Assembly (NCBI RefSeq): GCF_001194135.2
Contig: NC_068999.1
Location: forward strand, 24,808,008-24,872,007
DNA: 64,000 nucleotides
Source of the DNA: Octopus bimaculoides
Lineage: Eukaryota
Reading direction: 5' to 3'
Part shown: piece by piece, positions 12,614 through 26,004 of the stretch
How the letters are laid out: every line of letters starts with the position of its first letter
Position numbering within the stretch: the stretch's first letter is position 1
Notes under the pieces: generated by a model
Databases searched by the model: none
The model's input: the letters and a program-made list of their open reading frames with translations, nothing else
Told to the model about the DNA's origin: nothing
Position numbers and translations under genes: made by a program

Positions 12614-15260
12614 TTGAACGGAGATGTAGATTTGTGCTGCATTCAAGAAGTAAGGTGGAGAGAAAGTTCTGCTAGGTTCCTCACAGGCAAAGAACATAGG
12701 TATAAGATTTTCTGGGTAGGGAACACTGATGGGGTTGGGGGCGCGGGTATACTTCTTGCGGAGAAATGGGTTGATAAGGTAACTGAGGTAGTCAGAGTGT
12801 GTGATAGAATACTTATGATTAGATTAGTGCTGCAACATGGATTAGCAACCATTATCTCAGCTTATGCCCCACAGCCAGGGCTACCTGATGAATACAAAGA
12901 CAGATTTTATGACACCCTCTTGTACACTATCTACCTTGTCGACGAATGACCTTATCTTGTGGCTGGTGACTTCAACGGGCATGTTGAGCAACATGCAGGG
13001 GGATTCCATGGTATACATGGTGGCTATGGTTTTGGTTCCTGCAGTGAGGAGGGAACCAGGCTACTAGAGTTCTGCAATGCAAATGATCTTATGGTTTGTA
13101 ATAGTAACTTCAGGAAACTTGCCAGTCACCTATTCACCTACCTGTCTGGTGGACACACTAGTCAGATTGACTACATCCTCACCAGGAAACAGGAAAGATG
13201 GCTACTTATAATTGCCAAAACCTACCCAGGCAAAGAATGCACCCCACAACATAGATTTAGTAGTTAGTGACTTCAGGATCAGGGCTAAATGGATGCCCAA
13301 TAGACAACCAGCATGGAAAAGATGGGTCTAGAAGCTTAAGGACCCTGTGAATGGACTGAGATTTAGAGACATATTACTTGAAGCTATTGACGAAATAGAG
13401 GAAGATATAGCATCACATGATGTGAAAGACAACTGGAGGTTCCTGTGGGACAACCTGTTGAGGGCTACTGACCAGATCTGTGGCTGGTGCAAAGCCCCCT
13501 TTTGACCCAAGGTAATGTGGTGGTGTAACAGTGTATTTGACAGGGCCATTAGGGAAAAGAAACAGGCATGGAAGGACTAGAAGAAAGGTGGTAGCAGAGA
13601 ATTGTATCAGATTGCCAGAAGGGAAGCTAGGAGACAGGTTTACTTAGCCAGAGGGGAAGCAGATAAGAAAAAATTTGCCAATGATCTGTGCCGTGAGGAC
13701 CAAAGACTTGAAGTGTTTTGTGTTGCAAGACAGTGTGTGAGAGAGAATCATGATGTCATAGGAGAGAGATGTGCCCACATGGATGATGGCTCACTTGCAT
13801 TTAATGAGGCTGCAAAGAGAGAGACTTGGAGATGCCATTATGAAAGGTTGCTAAATGAAGAGAATGAATGGGAGGAAGAGAGTCTGCCGAATGTCGATTC
13901 AACTGCTATCCAAATTGACAGTACCTTGGTAGATAAAGCAATTAAAGGTATGAAGACAGGGAAAGCCCCTGGCCCATCAGGAATCACCACAGAGTGCTTA
14001 AAATATCTGGTGGTGTCAGCTATAGTCTAGTCACCCATGTAGTCAATCAGGTGATACATGGAGGAGTCATACCCAATGACAAGTGTAGCAGCACCATAGT
14101 CAACTGCTACAAAGGTAAAAGTGATGCGTTAGATACAAATAATTACAGAGGTATCAAGTTGTTGGGTCAGGTAATGAAAGTCACGGAGAGGGTCATAGCC
14201 CAACTAATTAGGGAGAGAGTCAGTTTAGGTTCATGCCAGAGAAAAGCACCACTGGTAAGACAGCTGCAGGAGAAATACCTAGCCAAAGATAAACCCCTGT
14301 ACCCGGCTTTCGTTGACACGGAGAAAGCCTTTGACAGGGTCCCCTGGTCCCTTATCTAGTGGTCAATGTGGAAACTAGGGATAGATGAGTGGTTACTGAG
14401 AGCTGTACAAGCCATGTACAGGTATGCTTTCAGTAAGGTGAGGATTGGCAACGAGTATAGTGAAGAATTCCGAGTAGTGGTCCACCAAAGATCAATCCTC
14501 ATCCCCCTCTTATTCATCATAGTCCTCCAGGCAATAACAGAGGAATTCAAGACAGGATACCCCAGGGAGCTTCTCTATGCTGATGACCTTGCCCTAATTG
14601 CTGAGTCACTATCAGAACTAGAGAAGTTTCAGGTGAGGAAGCAAGGTCTAGAATCGAGGGGCCTTGGAGTCAATCTAGCAAAAACCAAAGTCTTAAGTAG
14701 GAAGGCAGACAAATCACAAATCCCTTCAGGTAGATGGCCCTGCTCAATCTGTAGAAAAGGCGTAGGTAGAAACTCCCTAAGATGTTCCTGGTGTAAGCTA
14801 TGGACACATAAGAGGTGCATCAATATCAAAGGAAGGCTAACTGGGAAGACAGTTTTTGTGCAGAAAACAGCTTCATCATATGCCAGGGGAAAAAACTAGA
14901 AGTAGTTGATAGCTTCCGTTACCTAGGTGACCAAGTCTGTAGCGAGGATGGATGCTCTGAGAGTGTAGCTGCTAGAATAAGAATAGCCTGAGCAAAGTTC
15001 AGAGAGCTCTTTACCTCTGCTGGNNNNNNNNNNGTGTAGCTGCTAGAATAAGAATAGCCTGAGCAAAGTTCAGAGAGCTCTTTACCTCTGCTGGTGACAA
15101 AGGGTCCCTCGCTCAGAGTAAAAGGTAGACTGTATGACGCATGTGTGCAAACAGCCATGCTACATAGCAGTGAAACATGGACTGTGACTGCTGAGGACGT
15201 GTAAGCATACAAGAAATGAAGCTAGTATGCTCTACTGGTTGTATAATATCAGTGTGCATA
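12614..15260 (+). mobile_element. RTE-clade LINE, near-complete ORF2 pseudogene (APE + RT + PHD-like finger)
   Basis: APE motifs DLCCIQEVRW, AGDFNGHV and SQIDYIL; RT motifs YRGIKLL, FVDTEKAFDRVP and LYADDL. Many frameshifts and stops. Confidence 0.93.
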
Positions 15261-16329
15261 CATGCGTCATACAGTCTACCTTTTACTCTGAGCGAGGGAC
15301 CCTTTGTCACCAGCAGAGGTAAAGAGCTCTCTGAACTTTGCTCAGGCTATTCTTATTCTAGCAGCTACACTCTCAGAGCATCCATCCTCGCTATATGAGG
15401 TACATCAGCTCCACTGTTAATCATTTCAAATTTTAATAAAATCAGCACATCTTGATTTGTACACACTTCACTAGAAGCAAATCCTCATTATTTTCAGCTT
15501 ATATTTTGGAACTGAAGAATAAAAATAGACCCTACACCTTAAATTAGAAAATCCTTATCATTGCTAAATCTTACATGAACAACAGAAGTCTGACCTTTGT
15601 ATTACAGAAACTTATGAAATGCTCATAGCCAAGGTTGCATTACTTAATAGACATTGTGAAACATTAATTTCTTGAAACTACAAAATTTTGAAAACTTAAA
15701 ACTGTTTCCAACTTATCTCTTATCCAATTGTTTATATAGGTGTTGTAAGAGTGCTAATAGTCATGTTCTGAACAATAAGCTATGACTAAACCTATTTAGT
15801 TATTCAGCAACTTCATATACACTCACTTAGTTACTAATGAATCCCCCCCCCTCTGTATATTAATCTTGCTAAAATTGTATGTACTAATAAAATTTGTAAT
15901 ACTTTTTGTGAATCTAAACAGGTACAGGTTCCAAAAAATGGCACATGAAGAATGGTGTGAATGATGAATGATGTCCATGTTTTTGAGACATACAATATTT
16001 AATACATGTTATAAGCTTAAACAAGCTAAACTGAAGTTCAAAGTGTGCTCCAAAATTAAAAGCAGAATATTCATTTCAAAATCTTGATATTACAAAGTTA
16101 AAGTTGGACAAGTGTTGACAGGTGATAGTTGAGAACATCTTAACATCACCAAAACCCATTCCTTGTTGAACAACATTACAGGGCTAGACAAGGCGACTGC
16201 TTAAACATGGTGGTGTTACTGCAATAAAGTTTAAATATCTTTGCAACTTAATATGGTAAGAAGAGTAAGTCATTGAAGCTGTGAGTAGATAGAGTGATTG
16301 TAGCATTGCCTGGCAAAGAAGCTCTAAGT

Positions 16330-16620
16330 GACTACAGCAATGTGTAGATTAATCCAGTTGTCTGTCCCTGACAAAGTGTCCTTCAGTGTTTTCATTACCT
16401 GTCTGAAAAAGGTGGTTGATGAACATTTCTGAGAAGAATAGTTGAAATTTAGGAGCAGAAGGTTGTGGAAAATAATCCTCAGGTTCTGCAATGTCAAGTT
16501 GAATTGAAAGTTCTAGCAGCTGTTTATAGTCTACTTCATTGACTTCAAGAAGACCTTTGACAGCATGCACAGGGGGTGATGTGAAGAGATTCAACAAAGT
16601 TGCAATTGTTTTCCTGCACC
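16330..16620 (+). mobile_element. RTE-like RT remnant
   Basis: Reads ...LSVPDKV...EE*LKFR...VYFIDFKKTFDSMHR with stops. Confidence 0.6.
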
Positions 16621-17379
16621 TTCATCAACCACTGCACCAAACTTCACCTATATACATCTATCCTCATGACAACTGACATACACCTACAAAATTTGGAAAA
16701 AAGTTAAACGAATGCATACAATTTTAGATGTGTTCCCAGACAAGATTTTCTTGGCATGATCACATTACAAATGAAGTCTTGGAAAAGATTATAGATGGCA
16801 GAAGATACTTCATTATGTTCTGCACATGCCCCGTGAGAGCTTTTCTCAAATAGATGCAAGAAAAGGGGTGTAAAAAGTGAGGCAGATCTGTAAAGACATA
16901 GTCGAGGTCTGCAGAAGAGGGACTAAGCAGATAGGGGCCTAACTGGGTGCAGGATCATGAAAGGAGTTGTGACTGTGCTGGGTGAAATTTGTCTTTGTGC
17001 AATACTTCATGGGTCTGAGAGAAACTAAGACTAAGACTGTTCTTTAGGATTCTCCATTGTCAAGTGGTCATATATGTGTGTGTCTGTTTCCCTCCCGCCT
17101 CACAACCACCACTTGACAGTTGGTGTTGATGTGTTTACGTCCCCGTAACTAAGCAGTTTGGCAAAAGGGAGCTGATAGAATGAGTATGAGGCTAATAAAA
17201 CAAATAAGTCCTGAGGTTGATTTGTTTGACTAAAACCTTTCAAGGCCTCAGCATGGCCCACAGTCAATTGACTGAAATAAGTAAAAGATGAAAGATATAT
17301 ACACAAGGTGCATTCCAGTTGTTTTGAAACCTTTTGCAGGAGGGACATTTATTAATTTCAAAGAAGTACAAAATTCTAA

Positions 17380-17830
17380 TCTACTTCAAAATAAGTTTTC
17401 TGACTTCAATGCACTTGTTGTAGCACTCCAGCTACTTCATGAAGGCCCCCATAGAAGATCTCCAAAGTAAAGGTGTCCAGGACCCAAGTTACAGCCTCTT
17501 TCATCTTCTCCTTCAGCTTGGGGAGCAACCAAATGTCACAGGAAGTGATGTCTGGACTGTGAGGAAGGTAAGGGACAGTCTTGATGTCTGTCTCTCAAGT
17601 ATTTGGTTACCAGGATAGAATTGTGGATTGATGCATCGTCCTGGTGCATGTACTGGCTTTTGTGATGAAATCTCTTCTAGAATTCCCTCAAGTACTCCTC
17701 TTTGTTGACCGTCAGGCCAGAGGGAATCCACTGGATTCCTTTGCTGTCAAAAAAGTGCATTTGTTTTGCCTGGCCTCTTGTGCCAATGAAAAACAAATGC
17801 TCAGCTCATACAAGTTAATCTATAAGCAGT
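17380..17830 (-). mobile_element. Old mariner 3' remnant
   Basis: Minus-strand pieces QDDASIHNS, SPDITSCDIWLLPKLK and LECYNKCIE across frameshifts. Confidence 0.65.
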
Positions 17831-18098
17831 CTGGAACATTGCATAAGTTTCTGTAGCATTTTTGCACAGTTAGACACAAAACTTTATTGCATCAGGAACT
17901 TCCAATTGCTTTCATGCTCTGACTGCATTCTGTAAACTAATCAGCCGTGAGAAGCAGTGTTTAGTAGCATGTGTTCAAAGTGCTGTTACAGCTATCTCCT
18001 TCAATCCAGAATAAAACGTTGGCAGGTCAGCATATGCACAAAACAAAAATAATTAATTTTAATTTTTTTCTAAGCATAAATCTAATACATTCTTTATA

Positions 18099-18135
<37 letters not shown>

Positions 18136-18469
18136 NNNNNNNNNNNNNNNNNNNNNNNNNNNNNNNNNNNNNNNNNNNNNNNNNNNNNNNNNNNNNNNNN
18201 NNNNNNNNNNNNNNNNNNNNNNNNNNNNNNNNNNNNNNNNNNNNNNNNNNNNNNNNNNNNNNNNNNNNNNNNNNNNNNNNNNNNNNNNNNNNNNNNNNNN
18301 NNNNNNNNNNNNNNNNNNNNNNNNNNNNNNNNNNNNNNNNNNNNNNNNNNNNNNNNNNNNNNNNNNNNNGCCTGGTGCAGCCTCCTGGCTTCCCAGACCC
18401 CAGCCGAACTGTCCAATCAATGCCAGCATGGAAAACGGACATTAAACGAACGTGATGATGATATATATA

Positions 18470-19709
18470 TCAGGTCATTAAGAATGAAATGTCTGATTTT
18501 CTTATGCACCAAGTTCTGACAATTCTTTATTTTACAACATTGAAAAGTTACATCATCACTTTTCAAAATATAATTCATGGTGTCTGGTTATATTGTGAGT
18601 TTTGTCTTGTAAATCAATTTTTGTGAATCCATGGATAGATAAAAAATTTGTGTTGTTTATGAATATGAGTTCCATCATGGAATCAATGCATCCCAGACAG
18701 CTTGAAACATCAATGAGGTGTTTGGTGAAGATGTAGCAAATGAGTGCACTGTGCGTCGATGGTTTGAGAAGTTCTGGTATGGTGACTTTACTCTTGAAAA
18801 TCAGTTCTGTGGTAGACCTGAGACCAAAGTGAATAATGATGAGCTGGAAACTGTAGTGGAAGTGGATACACCTCAAACTACATGTGTGTTAGCAGCAAAG
18901 TTTGATGTTTCGATTTCAGCTGTATTGGACCATCTGAAACAAATTGGCAAGGTAAAGAAGCTGTACAGGTGGGTACCACACAAAATGAATGAGCATCAAA
19001 TGAAACCTTGTCTTGAAACTTGCTGTTCTTTGCTGTCACGGCATAAAAGTGAACCATTTTTGTGTCATATCGTTACATGTGATGAAAAATGGATTCTATC
19101 CAACAACTGCAATTGTTCTGAATGGTGGTTGCATAGGGACGAAGTGCCAAAACACAATCCAAAGAAGAATATTCTCCCAAAAAGCTAATGGTGTCTGTTT
19201 GGTGTCATCCATTACAGCTTCATGTGACCTGGTAAGTCAATTATAGCAGATGTATACATCAACCAACTGAAATGATGAGTAAACTTGCAATTAAACAACT
19301 GAGATTAGTCAATAGAAACAGGCCAATTCTCTTGCAAGATAATGCTTGACCACATGTTGCACAAAGAATGCTACTCAAGTTATAAGAACTGAACTTGGAA
19401 GTACTCTGTCATCTACCATATATTTACCAGACCATGCACCAACTAACTATCATGTTTTCCAGGCATTAGACAACTTATTGCAAGGAAAAAAATTCAAATC
19501 TGAAGAAGATGCAAAAAGAGCCTTTTGTGATCTCATCATCTCTTGCTCTCCAGAATTCTTCGCTGCCACCATAAATAAGCTACTGATAAAATGGCAAAAT
19601 TGTGTTGATAATTTAGGTGCATACTTTGATTAACTGCATTGATTTTTGTTGAGATAAAGTGAAATAAACTTTCAGTTCAAAATCAGACATTTCATTTTTA
19701 ATGACCTCA
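18470..19709 (+). mobile_element. Full-length defective mariner (about 1240 bp)
   Basis: About 30-bp TIRs (aggtcattaa[g/a]aatgaaatgtctgatttt) flanked by TA. Transposase motifs TVRRWF, WVPH, IVTCDEKW, QDNA and PDHAPTNYHVF, with stops and frameshifts. Confidence 0.93.
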
Positions 19710-20774
19710 TAGGTGCTTCCTTACCATAGTTTCATGCTCATATCCATGAATTTGGACACAACAATCTCAGGTGGAATCTGCTGTAGTTCTTGAAGTAAAA
19801 GTTAATAAAGTAACTTGTAACTTGATTTATAATGTCACTGGTGCTTTGTCAGTTGCTCCTAAAAGAGATAGTTAAAACTTCATACTCTGCCTGCAGGTTG
19901 ACATCAACTCTTTATTTCCTTTCATTATTGGTTTGAAGTGGTTTATGATAATTTCTTTTCATAATTCATATAAAATCAATATCATATTGTATTACATATC
20001 ATCTCAAAATATTGTTACAGTAATTAAAGTTTGACCATTTTGACCTGGTATCTTATAAGTTTGGTTCAGTCTTAAACAGCTCATGCAATGCCAGTAAATT
20101 CATTGCTGTTTTTCTATTGCTAAAAGTACTTAGAGAGAGTGATATAGTGTTTTCTTTATGACAGTATTTGAAAGGATTCATGTGTTTCTCTAGTTAGTTC
20201 TTAAATGAGTTCTCTGTTAAACCAACTTTGTAACAGTAAACTCATTTAAGAATTAACTATACTAGCACATGTACTCCTTCAAGCATGACCACAAAGACAG
20301 CATTACATCAGTCTCTGAGCACATTGTTATAGGATATTAAGCAAGAAAAAGAGTACTCAATGTTTGTGGGAGAGCATATTTATTATGTTAGGATTTAAAA
20401 TATCACTTTTCTTACTTGAGTAATGAAATTGTGAGATTTTAAACATACACACACATGCACACAGACATACACAATATATATGTTCATCTGTCAAAAATAT
20501 TGATTTATACATCATTTTTGAAAATTCTACCCAGGTGAATGGCCTTGAAGCAAAATGGAATTAATGAAATAGGTTTATTAAATATCCACCCATATATACT
20601 CCACATGTAGAAATACACAAGTACAATTAAAAATACGTAAATATGTAAGTATATAATTCTTTGTTTCTTCTAAAGTAATGTTTTCAAATGTAGAATTAAA
20701 AAAAAAAACACATCCATCCATCCATCCATACATGCATACATACATACATACATACATACATACATACATACATA

Positions 20775-20988
20775 CGAGGGGGTGATTAAAAGTTCTTGGC
20801 TTCAAGGGTATCGCAAAAGCCTGGTTGGAGGCCCAGCTTTCCGAGTTCTTTTAGAGGGTTTAGAAAAACCGAAGGACCACTGCAATAAGTGTGTGAATCT
20901 GAGAGAGGAATATGTTGAATAAGATCAAAATTAACTGATCCTCCTGTATTGTCTTTTACCCAAAGCGAGGAACTTTTCAGCACCCCTA
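20775..20988. mobile_element. Mariner-derived MITE (about 215 bp)
   Basis: Imperfect TIRs cgagggggtgattaaaagttc / gaacttttcagcacccct with TA flanks. An inverted homologous copy lies at 11340-11530. Confidence 0.75.
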
Positions 20989-21034
20989 TACATGCATACA
21001 TATATATGTATATATAAAAATGCATGTATGTATG

Positions 21035-21037
<3 letters not shown>

Positions 21038-21117
<80 letters not shown>
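21038..21117. repeat. (AG)40 microsatellite
   Basis: Read directly. Many other (TA)n, (CA)n, (CATA)n and (TATC)n tracts occur, e.g. 39730-39925, 41271-41393, 52826-53030 and 57452-57515. Confidence 0.97.
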
Positions 21118-21121
<4 letters not shown>

Positions 21122-23184
21122 AGAGACATGGCAAAATACAGGATACCATCAAGTCTGGAATCAAACTTAGTGTTCTCATATTCCAAACAAATCGGTCTTT
21201 AATCTCATAGCTTCTTGTCAGAAAAGATAGAAAATAAGAGATCTGAATTTGCTTCACAAGTGTAAGTCGTCTTTACATATGTGTATGATTGTATGATTAG
21301 AAAATATAGACATGTATGTTATATAGACATATACTTGGTGATTTTTACATTGACAAATTTGAAAAATGAGTGATTTTAATACATTAGAAACTGAGCATTA
21401 TGTTATATTTGAAATTATATTTTTTATATACTTTTTATTGGTTCTGCTCTATAGATATTTGTTTAAAGTTATTTTCTCTGTTACAAAGTTGATGAGTGTG
21501 AGAGGAATTCTTTAAATGAATGCATTGATAAATTTTGATTTGTTTCAAGCAACACCTTTGTCAAGGTCAGATTCTATTGCTTTGGTAAAGAGTGAAATTA
21601 AAATTGTTAAATCAAACATTGCTTTACAAAGTTGGGAATATTTTGGCAAGAGTCAAATTTAGTTCTTTTATTCTTTCACAGGTATCAATGATTGAAATGT
21701 GACCATGCTGTGGCACTCTTTTTCATGTTGATATTAATATTTTGGAAACTATTCATTAACTAAAATACATCTCCTAATTTCTAAAAGTATTCATTGTCAT
21801 ATTCTTAACTCCACCCCACCACCAAATAAACATGCTAAGCTTTCTTTTCTTTTTCCTATTTCCCAAGTTACCTGAAGATGTTGTATGTTGTTGCTAGCTA
21901 ACTGAATAGCTGTAAACTATATTGAGACCTTGCTACTATTCGATGCTAGTGATGGTATTAGAACCATCAGTATTCCACTACTTTATCTGCAGTACTCACT
22001 AAACTCAGTAGGCATTCAAGTTGTTTCAATCATTAAAATACAGCACCAAGTATTAATCTATTGTTACCTTTTATTATTATAAGTTTTCATTGGGTTTCTT
22101 AACTGGAGTAGAGTATCTAGGAAAAGAAAGCATTTTGTTTTGTATGAATGAATGCTAGAACATAGGTGAAGACTGCTATATCAATTAGTTCAAAATTTTC
22201 GGAACAAATGTCAAAGTTGGTAAAATATAGAACTAATTATTTTTATTTATGATATGATAAATACTATTTCAGAGTGTTTTATTGAGAAAATATGTTATTA
22301 TTTATTCTAATATAGCATTTTATTATCATTTTGTAAGCAATTGTATCAAGACTGTCTCACAACTTTTAAAATTAAATATGTAGAATACCATCCGCAGTAA
22401 GTTCACTAGCAGAAATGAGTTTTATAATAGTTATCTGATGAAATGTCCTTTAGAATTATATCATTTTATGTTTATATATCAAAGATAGAAGTAACTGTTG
22501 TTAAATATTTTATGAGGTGAGTTACCATCAACACTTCAAATGTTACTGAATAGGAACAATGGAAAAGTATTATATGAAATTTCTACATTTGAGATAGATA
22601 CTCAAGACTTCTTTTGACACTCAAAGAATTTTATCTCTCTAATGATTTATCTGGTTTTCAATGTAATTCTTGATAACAATTACATTTCACTAACGCATAT
22701 GAAACATTGGAAAAAAAAATTCAAAGCTGAAATAAAACTTGTAGAAAATTACTAAGGCAGCCTAGAGTAAAATATTAATAAGGATCTGGATAAAACAGTA
22801 AATACTTTTGTTAATTTCATAAATATTTTACAGATGAATGATATTTTTTAAAATGAAATATTACTTTCTTTGTTTCAATAGTAATGTCTCCATTTTAGTA
22901 TCATGAAATTATAATTGAAAAGACTTATTAAGATAGAATTCTGAAAAATATAAGAAATGCAGACGCTGAAATGCAGCTATAGAAGAGAGTACCAATTAGC
23001 TATTAGCTACCCCCAATTTTGTACTGAAAAGCCTTCAGTATGTGGGCAATGTAAGCTAACCAGAAGATTGGTGTTATTTGCTTCTACCAGCACAAACACT
23101 TTGATCAGAATAAAAATGGACATTCGGTATAGTGCAACAATGCGATTACTGCCTGTGTCTGTATGTGTACATACATATGTGTCA

Positions 23185-23224
<40 letters not shown>

Positions 23225-23234
23225 NNNNNNNNNN

Positions 23235-23271
<37 letters not shown>

Positions 23272-23497
23272 CCAGCATGGAAGGCGGATGTTAAACAATA
23301 ATGATGATGATGATCACACACACACATACATACATATACGTATATGCATGCGCACGAGCACACACACACACAAACACACACACACATACACATTCTGATA
23401 CACATGCATGCACTCATGATGTTGGGCAGTTAAACTGAGGCTGTTTGTAGTAAGAAGTTTGTGATAAGAAGTATGTATATGTATATATATAAGTTTG

Positions 23498-23537
<40 letters not shown>

Positions 23538-23569
23538 CATACATACATATATACATGCAACATATACAT

Positions 23570-23607
<38 letters not shown>

Positions 23608-25784
23608 GAATATATTTATATATACATGTATCTATACACACACACACATGTATGTACATATATATATGCATCTGTATAGGTGTGTGTGTGTATCTGCAAT
23701 TATATGTATGCAATAATTATCACAACATGTCAAAATAATTACATAAACAGTTCTTGATCATTTAATACACTTCAAAAGTCGTTAACCAAATCATAGCAAG
23801 TAGTAGGTAGACTCAACCAATTTAGTCATATCAGTACATTAATTTTACTAGTACAATTGATAATTAATGCCAGGAATGATAAAATGTAACAAACAATTTT
23901 ACACATATAAATTCTTCTTTAATCAGTCATAAAATGATTACCATGCACAAGGGTAGGTTCATAAACAATAATACTGGTTTCAAATTTTGGCACAAGGCCA
24001 GCATTTTCAGGGAGGGGATAAGTCAGTTACATCAACCCCCAGTGTTCATCTGGTACTTATTTAATCGACCCCAAAGGGATGAAAGGTAAAGTCAACCTCG
24101 GCAGAATTTGAACTCAGAACATAAAGACAGACAAAATGCTTAGCATGCTTATGATTCTGACAGCTTGCTGCCTTATAATAAACAATAATATTAGAAGGAT
24201 GGAAATGGTTACTGACAGAGTTAAAGCTGACTCACAAAATAAAATAAACTGTTAAAAGAAGGAGGGAAAAAAGAAAACGTAATTTCACCGAATAATAAGA
24301 TCATTTTTTTAGAGAAAATATTCAACTGAATTTATCCAATTTATTGGTGACATTTTGAAATTGTCACTGAAAGAATGAAATAAAAACAAAAATCACATCT
24401 AGTTTGACTGGAAATTATAATAGGGATATATTGAACATTAAAGTTCAACTCGCTACTGCTTGTGGCAAAATCTTTGCCTTCAAACAACAGCAACAACAAC
24501 AACAACAACAACAAAAACAATTATAATCATAAAACTTTCAGTTCATCAAAATATACACAATTGTAAGAAAGGCAAATGTTTATTACTTTTATTTCATGTT
24601 TTTATAGAATCTATCATCTGAAATTTATTTCTGTACAAATCTATTTATTAAATGTTATGGTGTTCTGAGTATTATTTCATATTTTCTTTTTATCAAACAT
24701 TTACATATTGGGATAAAAAAAACAACAAAAAACAAAAACAAAACAGTGTTGAGAAGTTTTCTTGATCAATTCTGCAGTACAGTAACAATAGAATTACTTC
24801 CCCTACACCAAATGTACATTCTTCAACTATAAATTAGATTGTTCCAAAAATAACAACATCAAGTTATGTATGTAGAGAAACTATTGCCTTTTAAGGCAAG
24901 CTTTTGAACATTTTCAGTTGGTTTTTAACAGATATTATTATTTAGGGAGTACACAAGTGAAAATTTTGGACAAGAAAGATAATTATCAAATATATTAGCT
25001 GTGTTAACTTGATGACAATTCAAAAATGAAATGTGTTATGTGAAAAATAAATATATAAATATATTTATTTATATATTTTATCTTGGTTTAATTTCCCCCT
25101 ACATTTTAGATTTTATTGTCAAGCAATACCTGCTGACTTTGTATCCACCAATGAACATAACCCTCCTTTGATGATCACATAAACACAACAGACATATATA
25201 GCAGCATACACATGTGTTAGAGGCATAAAAGCACAAACAATATCATATATTCACACACACACACACACACACAAATACTCATACACAGATGTAGTTAGGT
25301 TATTTTTATACTTCCATTGCTTTGTTTGTTTTGGAGAATCCAAAAGGCAAGAAAACTATTTACTTCAGAATTACTAAAAAAAAAAAGAAAAAAAGAAAAG
25401 AAAAGATAGAAATAGAAAATTAAAACATAAATTTTATAATTTGTTTGAATTCATTCTGCCAGTGGCAGTTTTATACTTTCTGTTTAGCTATCTTACAGTG
25501 AACATTGAAAATCTTACAATTATTTTAGTAGAAAAACAGATCTTTTATTTCTGTGAAAGATGGATGATTTTTGAGTATTATTGAATATGTTGTAAATGTT
25601 ATTTTCTCAACACAGGCACAGTGCCCTAGATACAAATATGATTTTAGGAACAATATTATGAATGTAAGTAAAGCAAAAGGCTACAACTAGGAATGGAAAC
25701 CCATGTTCTGTGTTAGGCTAACTCTACTGGTTGGTGTTTATTACATGTGCCCATCATTGCAAAAAGTGCATATTTAATATTTAA

Positions 25785-26004
25785 TCCTTTAGCATTCAAA
25801 CAGGCCTTATCTGACCAAAATATTCTGAATTTTTTATGTTAAAACTGGTCAGATCCAAGCTCTCATGCCTATCCAACAATGTCATTGTAAAAATAAACAA
25901 TCACACCATTGAAATCTTGAGGCTATGAGATAATTCATGATTAATACAAAATGATGTGAATAAATAAGCATTACATTTGATAGAGTAATTTGCATGCTAA
26001 AGGG
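25785..26004. mobile_element. piggyBac-like MITE (TTAA TSD)
   Basis: TTAA-tcctttagcat...atgctaaaggg-TTAA; inverted homolog at 33493-33712. Confidence 0.7.

Noticed and set aside
14969-15090. Direct duplication across the 10-N gap
   Set aside because: Typical unmerged contig overlap.
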